Origin: an uncultured Bifidobacteriaceae bacterium
GTDB lineage: Bacteria; Bacteroidota; Bacteroidia; Chitinophagales; UBA10324
DNA: 64,000 nucleotides
Assembly (NCBI GenBank): GCA_964640655.1
Contig: CAZXFT010000005.1
Coordinates: 99,929 to 163,928, forward strand
Direction of reading: 5' to 3'
Shown here piece by piece: positions 29,069-38,764 of the stretch. The translations under genes and the position numbers were made by a program. The first letter of the stretch is position 1; each line of letters starts with the position of its first letter. Below the pieces are notes generated by a model. That model saw only the letters and a list, made by a program, of their open reading frames with translations, searched no databases and had not been told where the DNA came from.

Positions 29069-30472
29069 ATGAGTCAATATGATGTTATTGTAATAGGCAG
29101 CGGACCGGGTGGTTATGTTTCTGCTATTCGCTGTGCCCAGCTTGGATTCAAAACAGCAATTATAGAACGATATAAATCCTTAGGCGGTACTTGCCTTAAT
29201 GTGGGTTGTATCCCTTCAAAAGCATTGCTCGATTCTTCTGAACATTATTACAATGCACAGCATCATTTTAAAATGCACGGCATTGATACAGAAAACACAA
29301 AAGTCAACTTTCCGCAAATGATACATCGCAAGTCTGAGGTGGTGCGCCAGACTGCCGAAGGTGTGAAGTATCTGATGAAAAAGAATCAGATAGATACCTA
29401 TTATGGACACGGTACTTTGTTATCGAACACAAAAGTTGCCGTTAAGAAAGATGATGCCACTGTTGTAGAATTAGAGTCAAAGTACTTCATCATTGCTACA
29501 GGCTCCAAACCATCATCACTACCCAATGTGGTGATTGATAAAAAACGTATTATCACCAGTACGGAAGCTTTAAGTTTGAGCGAACTGCCGAAGTCCATGA
29601 TAGTCATTGGCGGTGGAGTAATAGGTTGCGAGTTAGCAAGTGTATATGCACGACTAGGCACCAAGGTTCAGATTATAGAATATATGGAAGGCCTCATTCC
29701 AGGTATGGATAAGGACCTGGCTTTAGAACTGCAAAAAGTAATGAAGAAGCTGAACGTGGAAATGTTCTTTAATCATAAAGTTACAGGAGCTATTGCCGAC
29801 ACTGATGCAGTGATGATAACCGCAAATGACAAGGATGGTAAAGAACAAACCTATAACGCCGACTATTGTTTGGTGTCAGTTGGTCGCCGAGCTTTTACTG
29901 ATAATCTTGGATTAGATGTTGCCGGTGTAAAAACAGATGAGCGAGGTAAAGTGATAGTTGATGATCATCTTAAAACCTCCGCTTCAAATATTTATGCAAT
30001 TGGCGATGTGATACGAGGTGCTATGCTCGCACATAAAGCTGAAGAAGAAGGTGTTTTTGTTGCCGAAGTGATTGCAGGGCAAAAACCACATATCAACTAT
30101 AATCTTATTCCGGGTGTAGTTTACACCTGGCCCGAAGTAGCTGCTGTAGGATACACTGAACATCAACTCAACGAAAAAAATATTCCTTACAAGAAAGGTT
30201 CTTATCCATTTAAGGCATTAGGTCGCGCACGCGCTGCTATGGAAAGCGACGGCTTTGTGAAAGTACTCGCACATAAAGAAACCGATGAAATTCTTGGTGT
30301 GCATATGATTGGACCGCGCGTTGCCGATGTCATTGCCGAAGCTGTGGTGGCTATGGAATTCCGCGCCAGCGCCGAGGATTTATTCCGCATTAGTCACGCG
30401 CACCCTACTTTTGCCGAGGCGGTGAAAGAGGCTGCCATTTTGGCTTCCGAGGGAAGAGGAATTAATATATAA
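29069..30472 (+). CDS. lpdA: Dihydrolipoyl dehydrogenase (E3)
   Basis: Contains the GSGPGGY FAD motif, the redox disulfide GGTCLNVGCIPSK and C-terminal HAHPTFAE. Confidence 0.95.
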   Translation: MSQYDVIVIGSGPGGYVSAIRCAQLGFKTAIIERYKSLGGTCLNVGCIPSKALLDSSEHYYNAQHHFKMHGIDTENTKVNFPQMIHRKSEVVRQTAEGVKYLMKKNQIDTYYGHGTLLSNTKVAVKKDDATVVELESKYFIIATGSKPSSLPNVVIDKKRIITSTEALSLSELPKSMIVIGGGVIGCELASVYARLGTKVQIIEYMEGLIPGMDKDLALELQKVMKKLNVEMFFNHKVTGAIADTDAVMITANDKDGKEQTYNADYCLVSVGRRAFTDNLGLDVAGVKTDERGKVIVDDHLKTSASNIYAIGDVIRGAMLAHKAEEEGVFVAEVIAGQKPHINYNLIPGVVYTWPEVAAVGYTEHQLNEKNIPYKKGSYPFKALGRARAAMESDGFVKVLAHKETDEILGVHMIGPRVADVIAEAVVAMEFRASAEDLFRISHAHPTFAEAVKEAAILASEGRGINI

Positions 30473-30474
30473 TT

Positions 30475-31212
30475 ATGGAACTTTCTTCAGAAGTATTTAT
30501 ATCACTATTTACACTAACCATTCTTGAAATTATTTTGGGGATAGACAATGTCATCTTCATTTCGATACTATCCGATAAGGTAGAAGCACCACGTCAATCA
30601 ACTACCAGAAAATTGGGTTTGCTCATCGGAATGGGTATTCGCATATTACTACTTCTGGTAATCAGTTGGATACTCAAATTGGATCAAACATTATTTAGTG
30701 TGATGCAAGAAGACATATCTGCAAAGGACCTGGTTTTAATATTAGGCGGGCTGTTTTTACTGGCACAAAGCACCAAAGAGATTCACGACAAATTAGAAGG
30801 TGTAGAAGGGCATCTAAATCCAAAAAGTAATGATAGTTATTCGTGGATTATTATACAGATGGCATTACTCAATATTGTTTTCTCGCTTGACTCTGTCATT
30901 ACAGCAATCGGTATGGCACGTATACTATGGGTCATGGTTATGGCGGTTATTTTTTCCATAGCTGTGATGTTTTTTGCTGCCGACCTGATTTCATCATTTG
31001 TCTCTAAACACCCTACCATAAAAATTTTGGCATTAAGTTTTTTATTCCTCATTGGTGTTTCATTGATTGCAGAAGGGTTTCATCAGCACCTACCCAAAGG
31101 GTATATCTACTTTGCAATGGCTTTCTCTTTTACCATTGAACTTCTGAATATGCGTTTGCGTAAAAAATCTGATAAGCCGGTTCAATTGCGTGATCGTATT
31201 TCCGACAAATAA
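30475..31212 (+). CDS. TerC family integral membrane protein
   Basis: Contains EIILGIDNVIFI and SLDSVITAIGM, the paired TerC repeat motifs. Starts 2 nt after the lpdA stop codon. Confidence 0.8.
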   Translation: MELSSEVFISLFTLTILEIILGIDNVIFISILSDKVEAPRQSTTRKLGLLIGMGIRILLLLVISWILKLDQTLFSVMQEDISAKDLVLILGGLFLLAQSTKEIHDKLEGVEGHLNPKSNDSYSWIIIQMALLNIVFSLDSVITAIGMARILWVMVMAVIFSIAVMFFAADLISSFVSKHPTIKILALSFLFLIGVSLIAEGFHQHLPKGYIYFAMAFSFTIELLNMRLRKKSDKPVQLRDRISDK

Positions 31213-31262
31213 TCATCTTGTCATCTTACTTTTGGTTTGATTTTCGTTATTCGAAAAACATT

Positions 31263-33230
31263 ATGTTACAGCGCTTCTTCTCATATATAACTATTTTTCT
31301 TATTACATCATCAAATATGTTGTATGGGCAAAACAGTGAGAATGGATATTGGTTGCCCAATAAGGGTACTCTGCGTGTGCTTCTCGTCTATGCTGAGGTA
31401 ATCGGTGACCCCAACTACACCAACGTAAATGAAAGTAGTTGGCCTGCCGGAGACTTGCCACAGAATCCTGATTTATACTTTAACAATGGCACGAATGAAG
31501 AAGGAATGCTTACCAGATACTTTCGAGAAGCCAGTTTTGGCACTTACAATCTTGAAGGTGATTACTTTCCATATCTAATTCAGATTGATGCACAGGACGC
31601 AGGTTACGGTAGTATGAAATCTGTTCTGAAGAAACTCGATGAGATAAAAGTGAAAAAGCTGCGCACAGCAAATGGATACTTACTCAATAAAGATTTTGAT
31701 TCCTGGACTACCACAAGTTTTGGCACTCAAAAAGTTAATGTACCTGACAGTTTGTTAGATGTAATTATGGTAGTATGGAGAGTGAACTCAAAATTATCCC
31801 CTTCAACTAACTCAGGCTATTGCGCTACCGGAAATATGAAGCAAAATTTTCGTGAGTTTAACGGGGTGAATTGCTACAGTGAGTTTGTCAGTCATGCCAA
31901 CGATGCCTATACCATCATGCGTCATGAATTTTCGCATACACTATATGGTGGCAATAATTTTCATACGGCAGGTTGCGGTGCAGGAAAGCGAACATTTATG
32001 CCAAGCATTACCGGTTACAGCAATATGAGCAGTTGGGACAATATTGGGCAAGCTTTTAACGGCTGGGATCGCTGGCGTATGGGATGGAAAAACGAAAACA
32101 AAGAATTTGATATCAGCTCATGGACTAAGGATGGTATCTATTATAAGGAGTTCGACTTCGAAAATTTCAGCATCAAATCTCAAGGTGGCGACAGTATTTT
32201 TTATATCCGCGATTTCCGAACTACCGGAGATGCCATTCGTATTCAACTGCCCGGCCCGGACTCACCACAACTAAAACAATACTTATGGTTAGAGTACAGA
32301 ACGGATAGCTCCTTATTCGATATAGCTTTTCAAAAAAGGAGCGGATTGTATGCTTACATTCAGGTTGGTAAAGACAATAAGGCAGATATGTTTATGAACA
32401 GCAACAACTCTCCGGGTAATTATTTGTACTTCCATACTGCAGTGGGTCGCTTCGACTTCACATATAGCAAAGACAAAAACAATAAATACACACTGGTACA
32501 CGACGATAAGTTTCCAAACCCACTTACTGGGAATCATTATCTGATGAGACCCATAGACGATTTAAATCTGGACGGAAACCTTACCGACAGCGAATTGATA
32601 TTACCTGAATTTATTGAACGCAAGTATGAAAAGATAAATGCATACCCAGCCTTTGGAAGTGAAAACGATGCTTTCAGATATAGCAATAAAAACATCATCA
32701 GTATTCAAAGTAACCCATCGGCATTTAATGTTACAACTTACAATTTTCCGAATCACAGTAAAACACCATTTGATACCGATACCATATATATCAGCGGTTT
32801 AAGCATTCAGGTAGTTGACTCTACTTACAATGTCATCAAGGGAAAAACCAGTCCTACTCTTTCCATCAAAATAAAGTGGAACGATTACGACATCAGTAAA
32901 GCTGTTCGTTGGTGTGGTAATATTGTGCTGAGATCATTCAGTGAAAACACAGTACTCAACATTAAGAACGGAGGAGAGCTTTTGTTAGACCGGGGATTGT
33001 CCCCTACTCAGCACAACATCAATAAAACTGACCCTTATGATGGCAAATTATTTTTCACACAACCTACAGTGATGGTTTGCGAAGCAGGAACTACACTGCG
33101 AATAGAAAGCGGAGCTAAACTTACTTTAATAAATAAATCGAAGCTGATCATTAAAAAAGGAGCTGAGCTGATTATGGAGCGCGGCGCGTTGCTGAATGTG
33201 GAAGATGGCAGTGAGGTGATTTATGAATAA
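31263..33230 (+). CDS. Secreted putative zinc metalloprotease (HExxH)
   Basis: Signal peptide when started at ATG 31263 (MLQRFFSYITIFLITSSNMLYGQ). A single HExxH site reads MRHEFSHTLYGGNNFH. The family (M6-like?) is not certain. Confidence 0.45.
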   Translation: MLQRFFSYITIFLITSSNMLYGQNSENGYWLPNKGTLRVLLVYAEVIGDPNYTNVNESSWPAGDLPQNPDLYFNNGTNEEGMLTRYFREASFGTYNLEGDYFPYLIQIDAQDAGYGSMKSVLKKLDEIKVKKLRTANGYLLNKDFDSWTTTSFGTQKVNVPDSLLDVIMVVWRVNSKLSPSTNSGYCATGNMKQNFREFNGVNCYSEFVSHANDAYTIMRHEFSHTLYGGNNFHTAGCGAGKRTFMPSITGYSNMSSWDNIGQAFNGWDRWRMGWKNENKEFDISSWTKDGIYYKEFDFENFSIKSQGGDSIFYIRDFRTTGDAIRIQLPGPDSPQLKQYLWLEYRTDSSLFDIAFQKRSGLYAYIQVGKDNKADMFMNSNNSPGNYLYFHTAVGRFDFTYSKDKNNKYTLVHDDKFPNPLTGNHYLMRPIDDLNLDGNLTDSELILPEFIERKYEKINAYPAFGSENDAFRYSNKNIISIQSNPSAFNVTTYNFPNHSKTPFDTDTIYISGLSIQVVDSTYNVIKGKTSPTLSIKIKWNDYDISKAVRWCGNIVLRSFSENTVLNIKNGGELLLDRGLSPTQHNINKTDPYDGKLFFTQPTVMVCEAGTTLRIESGAKLTLINKSKLIIKKGAELIMERGALLNVEDGSEVIYE

Positions 33231-33368
33231 TGTCACTTTACTGAAGCAGGAACAAAATTAAGAGTAAGGTTTATTTTGACTATGCAGGATTGCAGTAAAA
33301 TTTTCTTTACTTTACTAGTCAAAATAACTTGCGCTATGAATCAATGTAATAATAACATACATACAATT

Positions 33369-35648
33369 ATGCAAATTCTTAGCCGAACATACTCCAAATG
33401 TTATTTTATCCTAGCATTACTGCCCGGGTTATCAATCCTTTTTACACTGCCCGAACACTCTAAGGCAGCATGTGCTCAAAACGTAACACTAAGCAGTAAT
33501 CCATCACCCATAGCCAATCAATATCCTGCGGATACTTATATTACATTTACGATTACAATAGGTGGATATACCCAAATTGCATCTAATTGGCTTCACTCTA
33601 TAGTATTGAACCTTGATAATAATTGGGATGCTACAACTATTACACCTGTCAGTATACCTAATTCAGTCAGTGGTAATGGCAATTGGGGTTATTATCCAAC
33701 TGTTTTATCGACCGGAAGTGGTATTACTTATGGACCTGGTTTTTATTTTGATTATAATACAACTATCAATCTTAATGACGGAAATCCGGGTAATAACTTT
33801 GGTGACCAAAATATTAATAATCAGGGTGTATGGGTATTTGTATTTAAGATTAAAACGGCAACAAGTGCTTCATCCATTCCACTAAACATTACTTTCTGTG
33901 TAAATGGCGATGGTACAACTGGTTCTTGGAATTCAGGCGGACTAACATGCTCTTGCGACGCATTCAATTTTTCTTCTTTAATCAGCAACAATCCTTGTCA
34001 GGCTTCCTTTAGCATTTCTGGATGGCAATATGCAGGATGGCCTATCAATTTTTCGGGTAATGGCAGTCCTTCTTCGGCTACATCTCAGTGGTGGATGAGT
34101 GATGGATTAACTTCATCTAACCAATCCCTTAGTCATACTTTCTTTTCTCCGGATACTTATACTATTTGTTATGCAGTAGTTGAAAATGGATTCTGTGCCG
34201 ACACACTGTGTATGCCGCTTACCATAGTAGAACCGGTACTCAGTTATTTAAATTACTATCCGTTTCATGTAATCGGGAATATATTTTACGATACGAACCA
34301 AGATGGTATTCATCAACCCTATGAAAATTGGATAAACAACTTAGCTATAAGCACATCTTGCGCCGGTGCTACGTATTATACAAATAATGACGGATCGTTT
34401 AACCTTGGTATTCTTGCGGGCAACTGTTCGATTAGCCCACAAATAAACACTGCCTACAGCATAACAAGCGGGCAAGATTTGCAAAATATTATTATTGATA
34501 CTTCTGTAATTAACTTAGGAAACATAGGCATCTATGCTCCAGATGAATATTGGAATCCTGAAATAACACTTACTCAAAGCTTAATACAGTGTAATATAGA
34601 TGCTATCTACATTTTGCAAGTTAAAAACCAAAGCAATCAAAATGCAAATACAGTCGTTACACTGAGCGGCAGTGATGATTTCTTATCGCACGTATCCTTG
34701 TACGAACCGGTTGATACTGTGGGATTATCCAGCATTTTAATCTCAACTGCAATTAATCCAAGTTTGCTGATAACACCAACTAACAGCGGAGCTGGATTTA
34801 TAACTTATGACTTGGCGACAATGACTCCCTTTCAAACAAACAACTATCTAATACTCTATGACTATCCGGTTGTTGCTTTTGATACCGTAGCTTTTGAAGC
34901 CTCATGCATATTTAATAATATAACAAATTCTACATCAATCGTTGATAGTTTATTCCATATAGTTGCTTGCTCTTATGACCCAAATAGCAAAGAATCATTG
35001 CCTAATAAAGGTGGTCTCTATACAGCGGTGCAGCAAGGCGAAGAAATTGTTTATACTATCAATTTTCAGAATACGGGCAACGCACCTGCTCATGTGGTGG
35101 TGATTAAAGACACATTATCTGAATATATAGATGCATCAAGTTTCGTATTTTTATATGGATTGCACCCTGTTGAGGTATTAAGGAATGGATTCCTTCTGGA
35201 ATTTATACATCTGAATATAATGCTACCAGATAGCAGCAGTAACGAAGAAGAGAGTAAAGGATTTGTAAAATTTAAAGTACGTCTAAAGAATAATTTACCG
35301 GAAAGCACTTCAATCTTGAACAATGCTGCTATATACTTTGATCTTAACGAACCTATTATTACCAACACTACGCAACATCACATACCACTAATTATAAATG
35401 ATAATAAATCTATTAGTAACAACAACGACATAAATGTGTATCCAAACCCTACGTCGCTGGTGTTGTACATAAGCAGCGGTGCGGCATTGGGGGATGTAGT
35501 TCTGTATGATTTACCTGGTAGAGTGTTGCTGGAGATGAACAAGGTGAATAAGCATCAGGTTAGCATAGATATGGGAGCACTGGCTGATGGCGTATACTTC
35601 TTAAAGGCAGGAAGGCATAAGATGGTGAAGGTGATTAAGGGGAAATGA
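33369..35648 (+). CDS. Large secreted surface protein with a T9SS C-terminal sorting domain
   Basis: C-terminus NVYPNPTSLVLYISS...LADGVYFLKAGRHKMVKVIKGK matches the Por secretion tail pattern. An internal CSYDPNSKE conserved-repeat region is present. Start set at ATG 33369 to give a signal peptide. Confidence 0.65.
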   Translation: MQILSRTYSKCYFILALLPGLSILFTLPEHSKAACAQNVTLSSNPSPIANQYPADTYITFTITIGGYTQIASNWLHSIVLNLDNNWDATTITPVSIPNSVSGNGNWGYYPTVLSTGSGITYGPGFYFDYNTTINLNDGNPGNNFGDQNINNQGVWVFVFKIKTATSASSIPLNITFCVNGDGTTGSWNSGGLTCSCDAFNFSSLISNNPCQASFSISGWQYAGWPINFSGNGSPSSATSQWWMSDGLTSSNQSLSHTFFSPDTYTICYAVVENGFCADTLCMPLTIVEPVLSYLNYYPFHVIGNIFYDTNQDGIHQPYENWINNLAISTSCAGATYYTNNDGSFNLGILAGNCSISPQINTAYSITSGQDLQNIIIDTSVINLGNIGIYAPDEYWNPEITLTQSLIQCNIDAIYILQVKNQSNQNANTVVTLSGSDDFLSHVSLYEPVDTVGLSSILISTAINPSLLITPTNSGAGFITYDLATMTPFQTNNYLILYDYPVVAFDTVAFEASCIFNNITNSTSIVDSLFHIVACSYDPNSKESLPNKGGLYTAVQQGEEIVYTINFQNTGNAPAHVVVIKDTLSEYIDASSFVFLYGLHPVEVLRNGFLLEFIHLNIMLPDSSSNEEESKGFVKFKVRLKNNLPESTSILNNAAIYFDLNEPIITNTTQHHIPLIINDNKSISNNNDINVYPNPTSLVLYISSGAALGDVVLYDLPGRVLLEMNKVNKHQVSIDMGALADGVYFLKAGRHKMVKVIKGK

Positions 35649-35751
35649 TGCAGTTGAACACACTAATCTATTGCTCTTAATAGCTTCTCCATACAAGAGA
35701 GATTTGGTATTACAAACGAAGAACTACGAATAACAGAAACAACGGGGCTTT

Positions 35752-36234
35752 TTATTTGCGAATCTGCAAGTCGAGTGCTCTGTCGAAACTTTCTTCTAAG
35801 GATAATAGAGTTTCGGTGCGTTGTATGCCTTTGATGCGCTGAATCTTATCGTGCAGTACTTCACGCAGGTGCTGCGTGTCTCTGCAAATAATTTTAAGAA
35901 ACATACTATAAGCTCCGGTAGTGTAATGCAGGTTAACAACTTCAGGTATCTGCGCCAGTGCCTTGGCTACTTCGTCGTACAAAGAATTTTTTTCCAGATA
36001 TATTCCAAGAAAGGCAGTGATATCGAAGCCCAGTTTTGTATAGTCCACTATAGTTTGATAGCGCTTGGGTACTTTCAGTTTTTCCAACTTGCGCATACGT
36101 ACATGCACCGTACCCGGAGACACAAACAACTTCTTAGCAATGTCAGTATAAGACATACGTGCATCTTTAATTAGCATCTGCAGTATTTGCAAATCCACAT
36201 TGTCAAAATCGTAATTTGTGGTTCGTTTTTGCAT
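35752..36234 (-). CDS. Lrp/AsnC family transcriptional regulator
   Basis: N-terminal HTH (LDNVDLQILQMLIKDARMSYTDIAKKLFVSPGTVHVRMRKLE) plus a C-terminal RAM/AsnC_trans_reg domain. Confidence 0.88.
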   Translation of the reverse strand: MQKRTTNYDFDNVDLQILQMLIKDARMSYTDIAKKLFVSPGTVHVRMRKLEKLKVPKRYQTIVDYTKLGFDITAFLGIYLEKNSLYDEVAKALAQIPEVVNLHYTTGAYSMFLKIICRDTQHLREVLHDKIQRIKGIQRTETLLSLEESFDRALDLQIRK

Positions 36235-36359
36235 ATTATTTTACCGTTTATTCAATATTAGTGCATTATTATTAATGTTTCTGTAATTTTTTGTATGTTT
36301 CTTTACATTTAGTTCATATAATTAGAATAATCTTTCACATTTGCATCAGTTCTTTAATA

Positions 36360-36505
36360 CTGTAGGGTGTTGAAACCGGCAGACAAGCCCTCTCGTCTCG
36401 GGGGTAGTGACAAGGGGATAAACACAGGTTAATGGGTTGACCACTAATCAAATTTTTGACCTGCGGCTAACCGCACTTTGAAGGTTCGAGTCCTTCCCCT
36501 ACAGC
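36360..36505 (+). ncRNA. Atypical, oversized tRNA-like RNA (not a canonical decoding tRNA)
   Basis: Acceptor helix TGTAGGG (36361-67) / CCCTACA (36497-503). T arm GAAGG-TTCGAGT-CCTTC (36480-96). U8, A14, G18G19 (36378-79), A21 and G26 equivalents are present. A 5-bp stem 36388-92/36400-04 closes the 7-nt loop TCGTCTC. A 75-nt extra region spans 36405-36479 and includes hairpin TGCGG-CTAA-CCGCA (36462-75). A terminator follows. Confidence 0.6.
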
Positions 36506-36534
36506 AAACGGAGTAATAATGTTTTTTTGGTGTA

Positions 36535-36567
36535 CCCACTGATGCAATTGTATCAGTGGGTTTTTTT
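36535..36567 (+). terminator. Intrinsic terminator downstream of the tRNA-like RNA
   Basis: CCCACTGAT-GCAATTGT-ATCAGTGGG hairpin followed by TTTTTTT. Confidence 0.8.
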
Positions 36568-36622
36568 GTCGCGTCATCCCTTCCACATTACTGCTTATTT
36601 TCGTGGCGATTCATTGTTAACT

Positions 36623-38755
36623 ATGAAATCTCTACCCCTCATCATTTTGGCTGCTATGGCAGCATTCAGCATCAGTTCTATACTCCTTCAACACGAAAAC
36701 CCTGTTATTAAAGTGAGTTATCCTAAAACTAAAAAAGAAAATATTCAGGAAAATTTGTTTGGCAATAAAATAAGTGACCCCTACCGCTGGCTCGAAAATG
36801 ATACAGCCAAAGAAGTAACTGACTGGGTAGATGCTCAAATAGCGACTACAGAGAATTATTTGCAAAAGGTTCCCTATCGTACTCAAATCAAAAACAGATT
36901 AACAGATATTTTCAACTACCCCAAGTATGGATTGTGGATGAAGAAAGGCTCTTATTACTTCTTCAGTAAAAATGATGGCTTGCAAAATCTGAGTGTTACC
37001 TACTTTCAAAATGGTCGAAATGGTAATCCTGATGTTTTTTTTGATCCAAATACTTTATCTAAAGACGGCACCATCACAGCAGGATTGGGTTCTTTCTCGC
37101 ACGACAATCAATTGGTTACTCTGTTTATAAACAAGGCAGGCAGCGACTGGCAACAAATTCAGGTAATGGAAGTGGCCACCAAAAGAAATCTTGGCGACAC
37201 GTTGGATTGGGTAAAATTTTCCGGTGCCGCCTGGCATGGCAATGGCTTTTATTACAGTCGCTATGATAAGCCTCAAGGCAGTATGCTTTCGAAATCCAAT
37301 GAGTATCATAAAGTGTATTATCACAAGTTGGGCACACAGCAAAAAGAAGATGAGTTGGTATTTGAAGAAAAAGAATATGCGAAGCGTTACTACAGCGCAC
37401 AGATAACCGATGATGAACGCTTTCTGATCATCTCATCGGCTCAAGGAACCGATGGCAACGAAATATGGGTAAAGAACCTGATGAATGGCGAAAAGGAATT
37501 CCGTAAAATTTTACCGGGCTTCAAGTATAACTATGATGTGATCGACAACGATGGAGAAAATCTCTTGGTTCTGACGAATCACGGCGCCGATAATCAGCGT
37601 GTGGTGCTGATAGACCCCAACAACCCATCATCAGAAGCATGGGTAAGCATCATTCCTGAAAAAAATATGTTATTGCAATCGGTTAGCACAGGCGGCGGAA
37701 AATTGTTTACCTTTTACTTGAAGGATGCTATCACACGTGTGCATCAGTATCGCTACGACGGCACACTCGAATCAGAATTAGAATTGCCCGGAATTGGCTC
37801 TGTTAGCGGATTTTCAGGAAGTCGTAAAGACAAGAGCCTGTTTTACGGATTTACTTCTTTCAATACACCCTATGAAGTGTATGAATACGACATTGCCAAA
37901 CTAATGCACACGATTGTACAGCGCACCGAATTGAAATTTGATGCCACACAATTTGAAACTGTTCAAAAATTTTATATGAGTAAGGACGGCACTCAAGTGC
38001 CTATGTTCATCACTTATAAAAAAGGTGTTCAACTCAATGGTAATAATCCATGTCTGCTATATGGTTATGGTGGATTTAATATTGCATTAACACCATCTTT
38101 CAGCGCGTCTAATATTTTGTTTTTGGAAAATGGTGGTATCTATGTGGTAGCTAATCTGAGAGGAGGCAATGAGTATGGCGAGGTTTGGCATCGTGGCGGT
38201 ATGTTATTAAACAAGCAAAATGTTTTTGATGATTTTATTTCGGCTGCCGAATACCTAATCAAAGAGAAATACACCTCTAATGATAATCTGGCTGTTTATG
38301 GCCGCTCAAATGGAGGCTTACTAGTTGGTGCAGTAATGACTCAAAGACCTGATTTATTTCAGGTGGCACTGCCAACAGTAGGTGTGTTGGATATGTTGCG
38401 TTATCATAAATTCACTGTTGGATGGGGTTGGGCTGTAGAGTATGGCAATCCTGATGATGAAAAGTATTTTAATTATTTGTTGAGGTACTCTCCATTGCAC
38501 AACTTAAAATCGAAAGTTGATTATCCTGCAACGATGATCATCACTGCCGATCACGACGATCGTGTGGTGCCTGCACACTCATTTAAGTTTGGTGCTACAC
38601 TGCAGGAGTTATATAAGGGGGATAAGCCTATGTTGTTGCGCATCGAAAAAAACGCAGGACATGGTTCGGGTGGCGCAGGTTCGCTGAGCAAAATTCTGGA
38701 GCAGGAAACAGACCGATGGAGCTTTGTATTCTATAATTTGGGTATGATGTATTAA
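36623..38755 (+). CDS. Prolyl oligopeptidase (S9A)
   Basis: Contains DPYRWLEND near the N-terminus, the catalytic GRSNGGLLVGA, ADHDDRV and GHGSG. Start set at ATG 36623 (MKSLPLIILAAMAAF signal). The track ORF start at 36527 runs through the terminator. Confidence 0.9.
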   Translation: MKSLPLIILAAMAAFSISSILLQHENPVIKVSYPKTKKENIQENLFGNKISDPYRWLENDTAKEVTDWVDAQIATTENYLQKVPYRTQIKNRLTDIFNYPKYGLWMKKGSYYFFSKNDGLQNLSVTYFQNGRNGNPDVFFDPNTLSKDGTITAGLGSFSHDNQLVTLFINKAGSDWQQIQVMEVATKRNLGDTLDWVKFSGAAWHGNGFYYSRYDKPQGSMLSKSNEYHKVYYHKLGTQQKEDELVFEEKEYAKRYYSAQITDDERFLIISSAQGTDGNEIWVKNLMNGEKEFRKILPGFKYNYDVIDNDGENLLVLTNHGADNQRVVLIDPNNPSSEAWVSIIPEKNMLLQSVSTGGGKLFTFYLKDAITRVHQYRYDGTLESELELPGIGSVSGFSGSRKDKSLFYGFTSFNTPYEVYEYDIAKLMHTIVQRTELKFDATQFETVQKFYMSKDGTQVPMFITYKKGVQLNGNNPCLLYGYGGFNIALTPSFSASNILFLENGGIYVVANLRGGNEYGEVWHRGGMLLNKQNVFDDFISAAEYLIKEKYTSNDNLAVYGRSNGGLLVGAVMTQRPDLFQVALPTVGVLDMLRYHKFTVGWGWAVEYGNPDDEKYFNYLLRYSPLHNLKSKVDYPATMIITADHDDRVVPAHSFKFGATLQELYKGDKPMLLRIEKNAGHGSGGAGSLSKILEQETDRWSFVFYNLGMMY

Positions 38756-38764
38756 ACATATCGT

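Noticed and set aside
36360-36505. Considered calling the T-arm-containing RNA a canonical tRNA (Asp-GUC), tRNA-Sec or tmRNA.
   Set aside because: It is about 145 nt, against 72-95 nt for tRNAs, including class II and Sec, and roughly 350-400 nt for Bacteroidota tmRNA. The anticodon-like loop UCGUCUC lacks U33 and a purine at position 37. There is no 6-bp D stem or UCA anticodon for Sec. There is no tag-peptide ORF or pseudoknot series for tmRNA. It is therefore reported only as tRNA-like.
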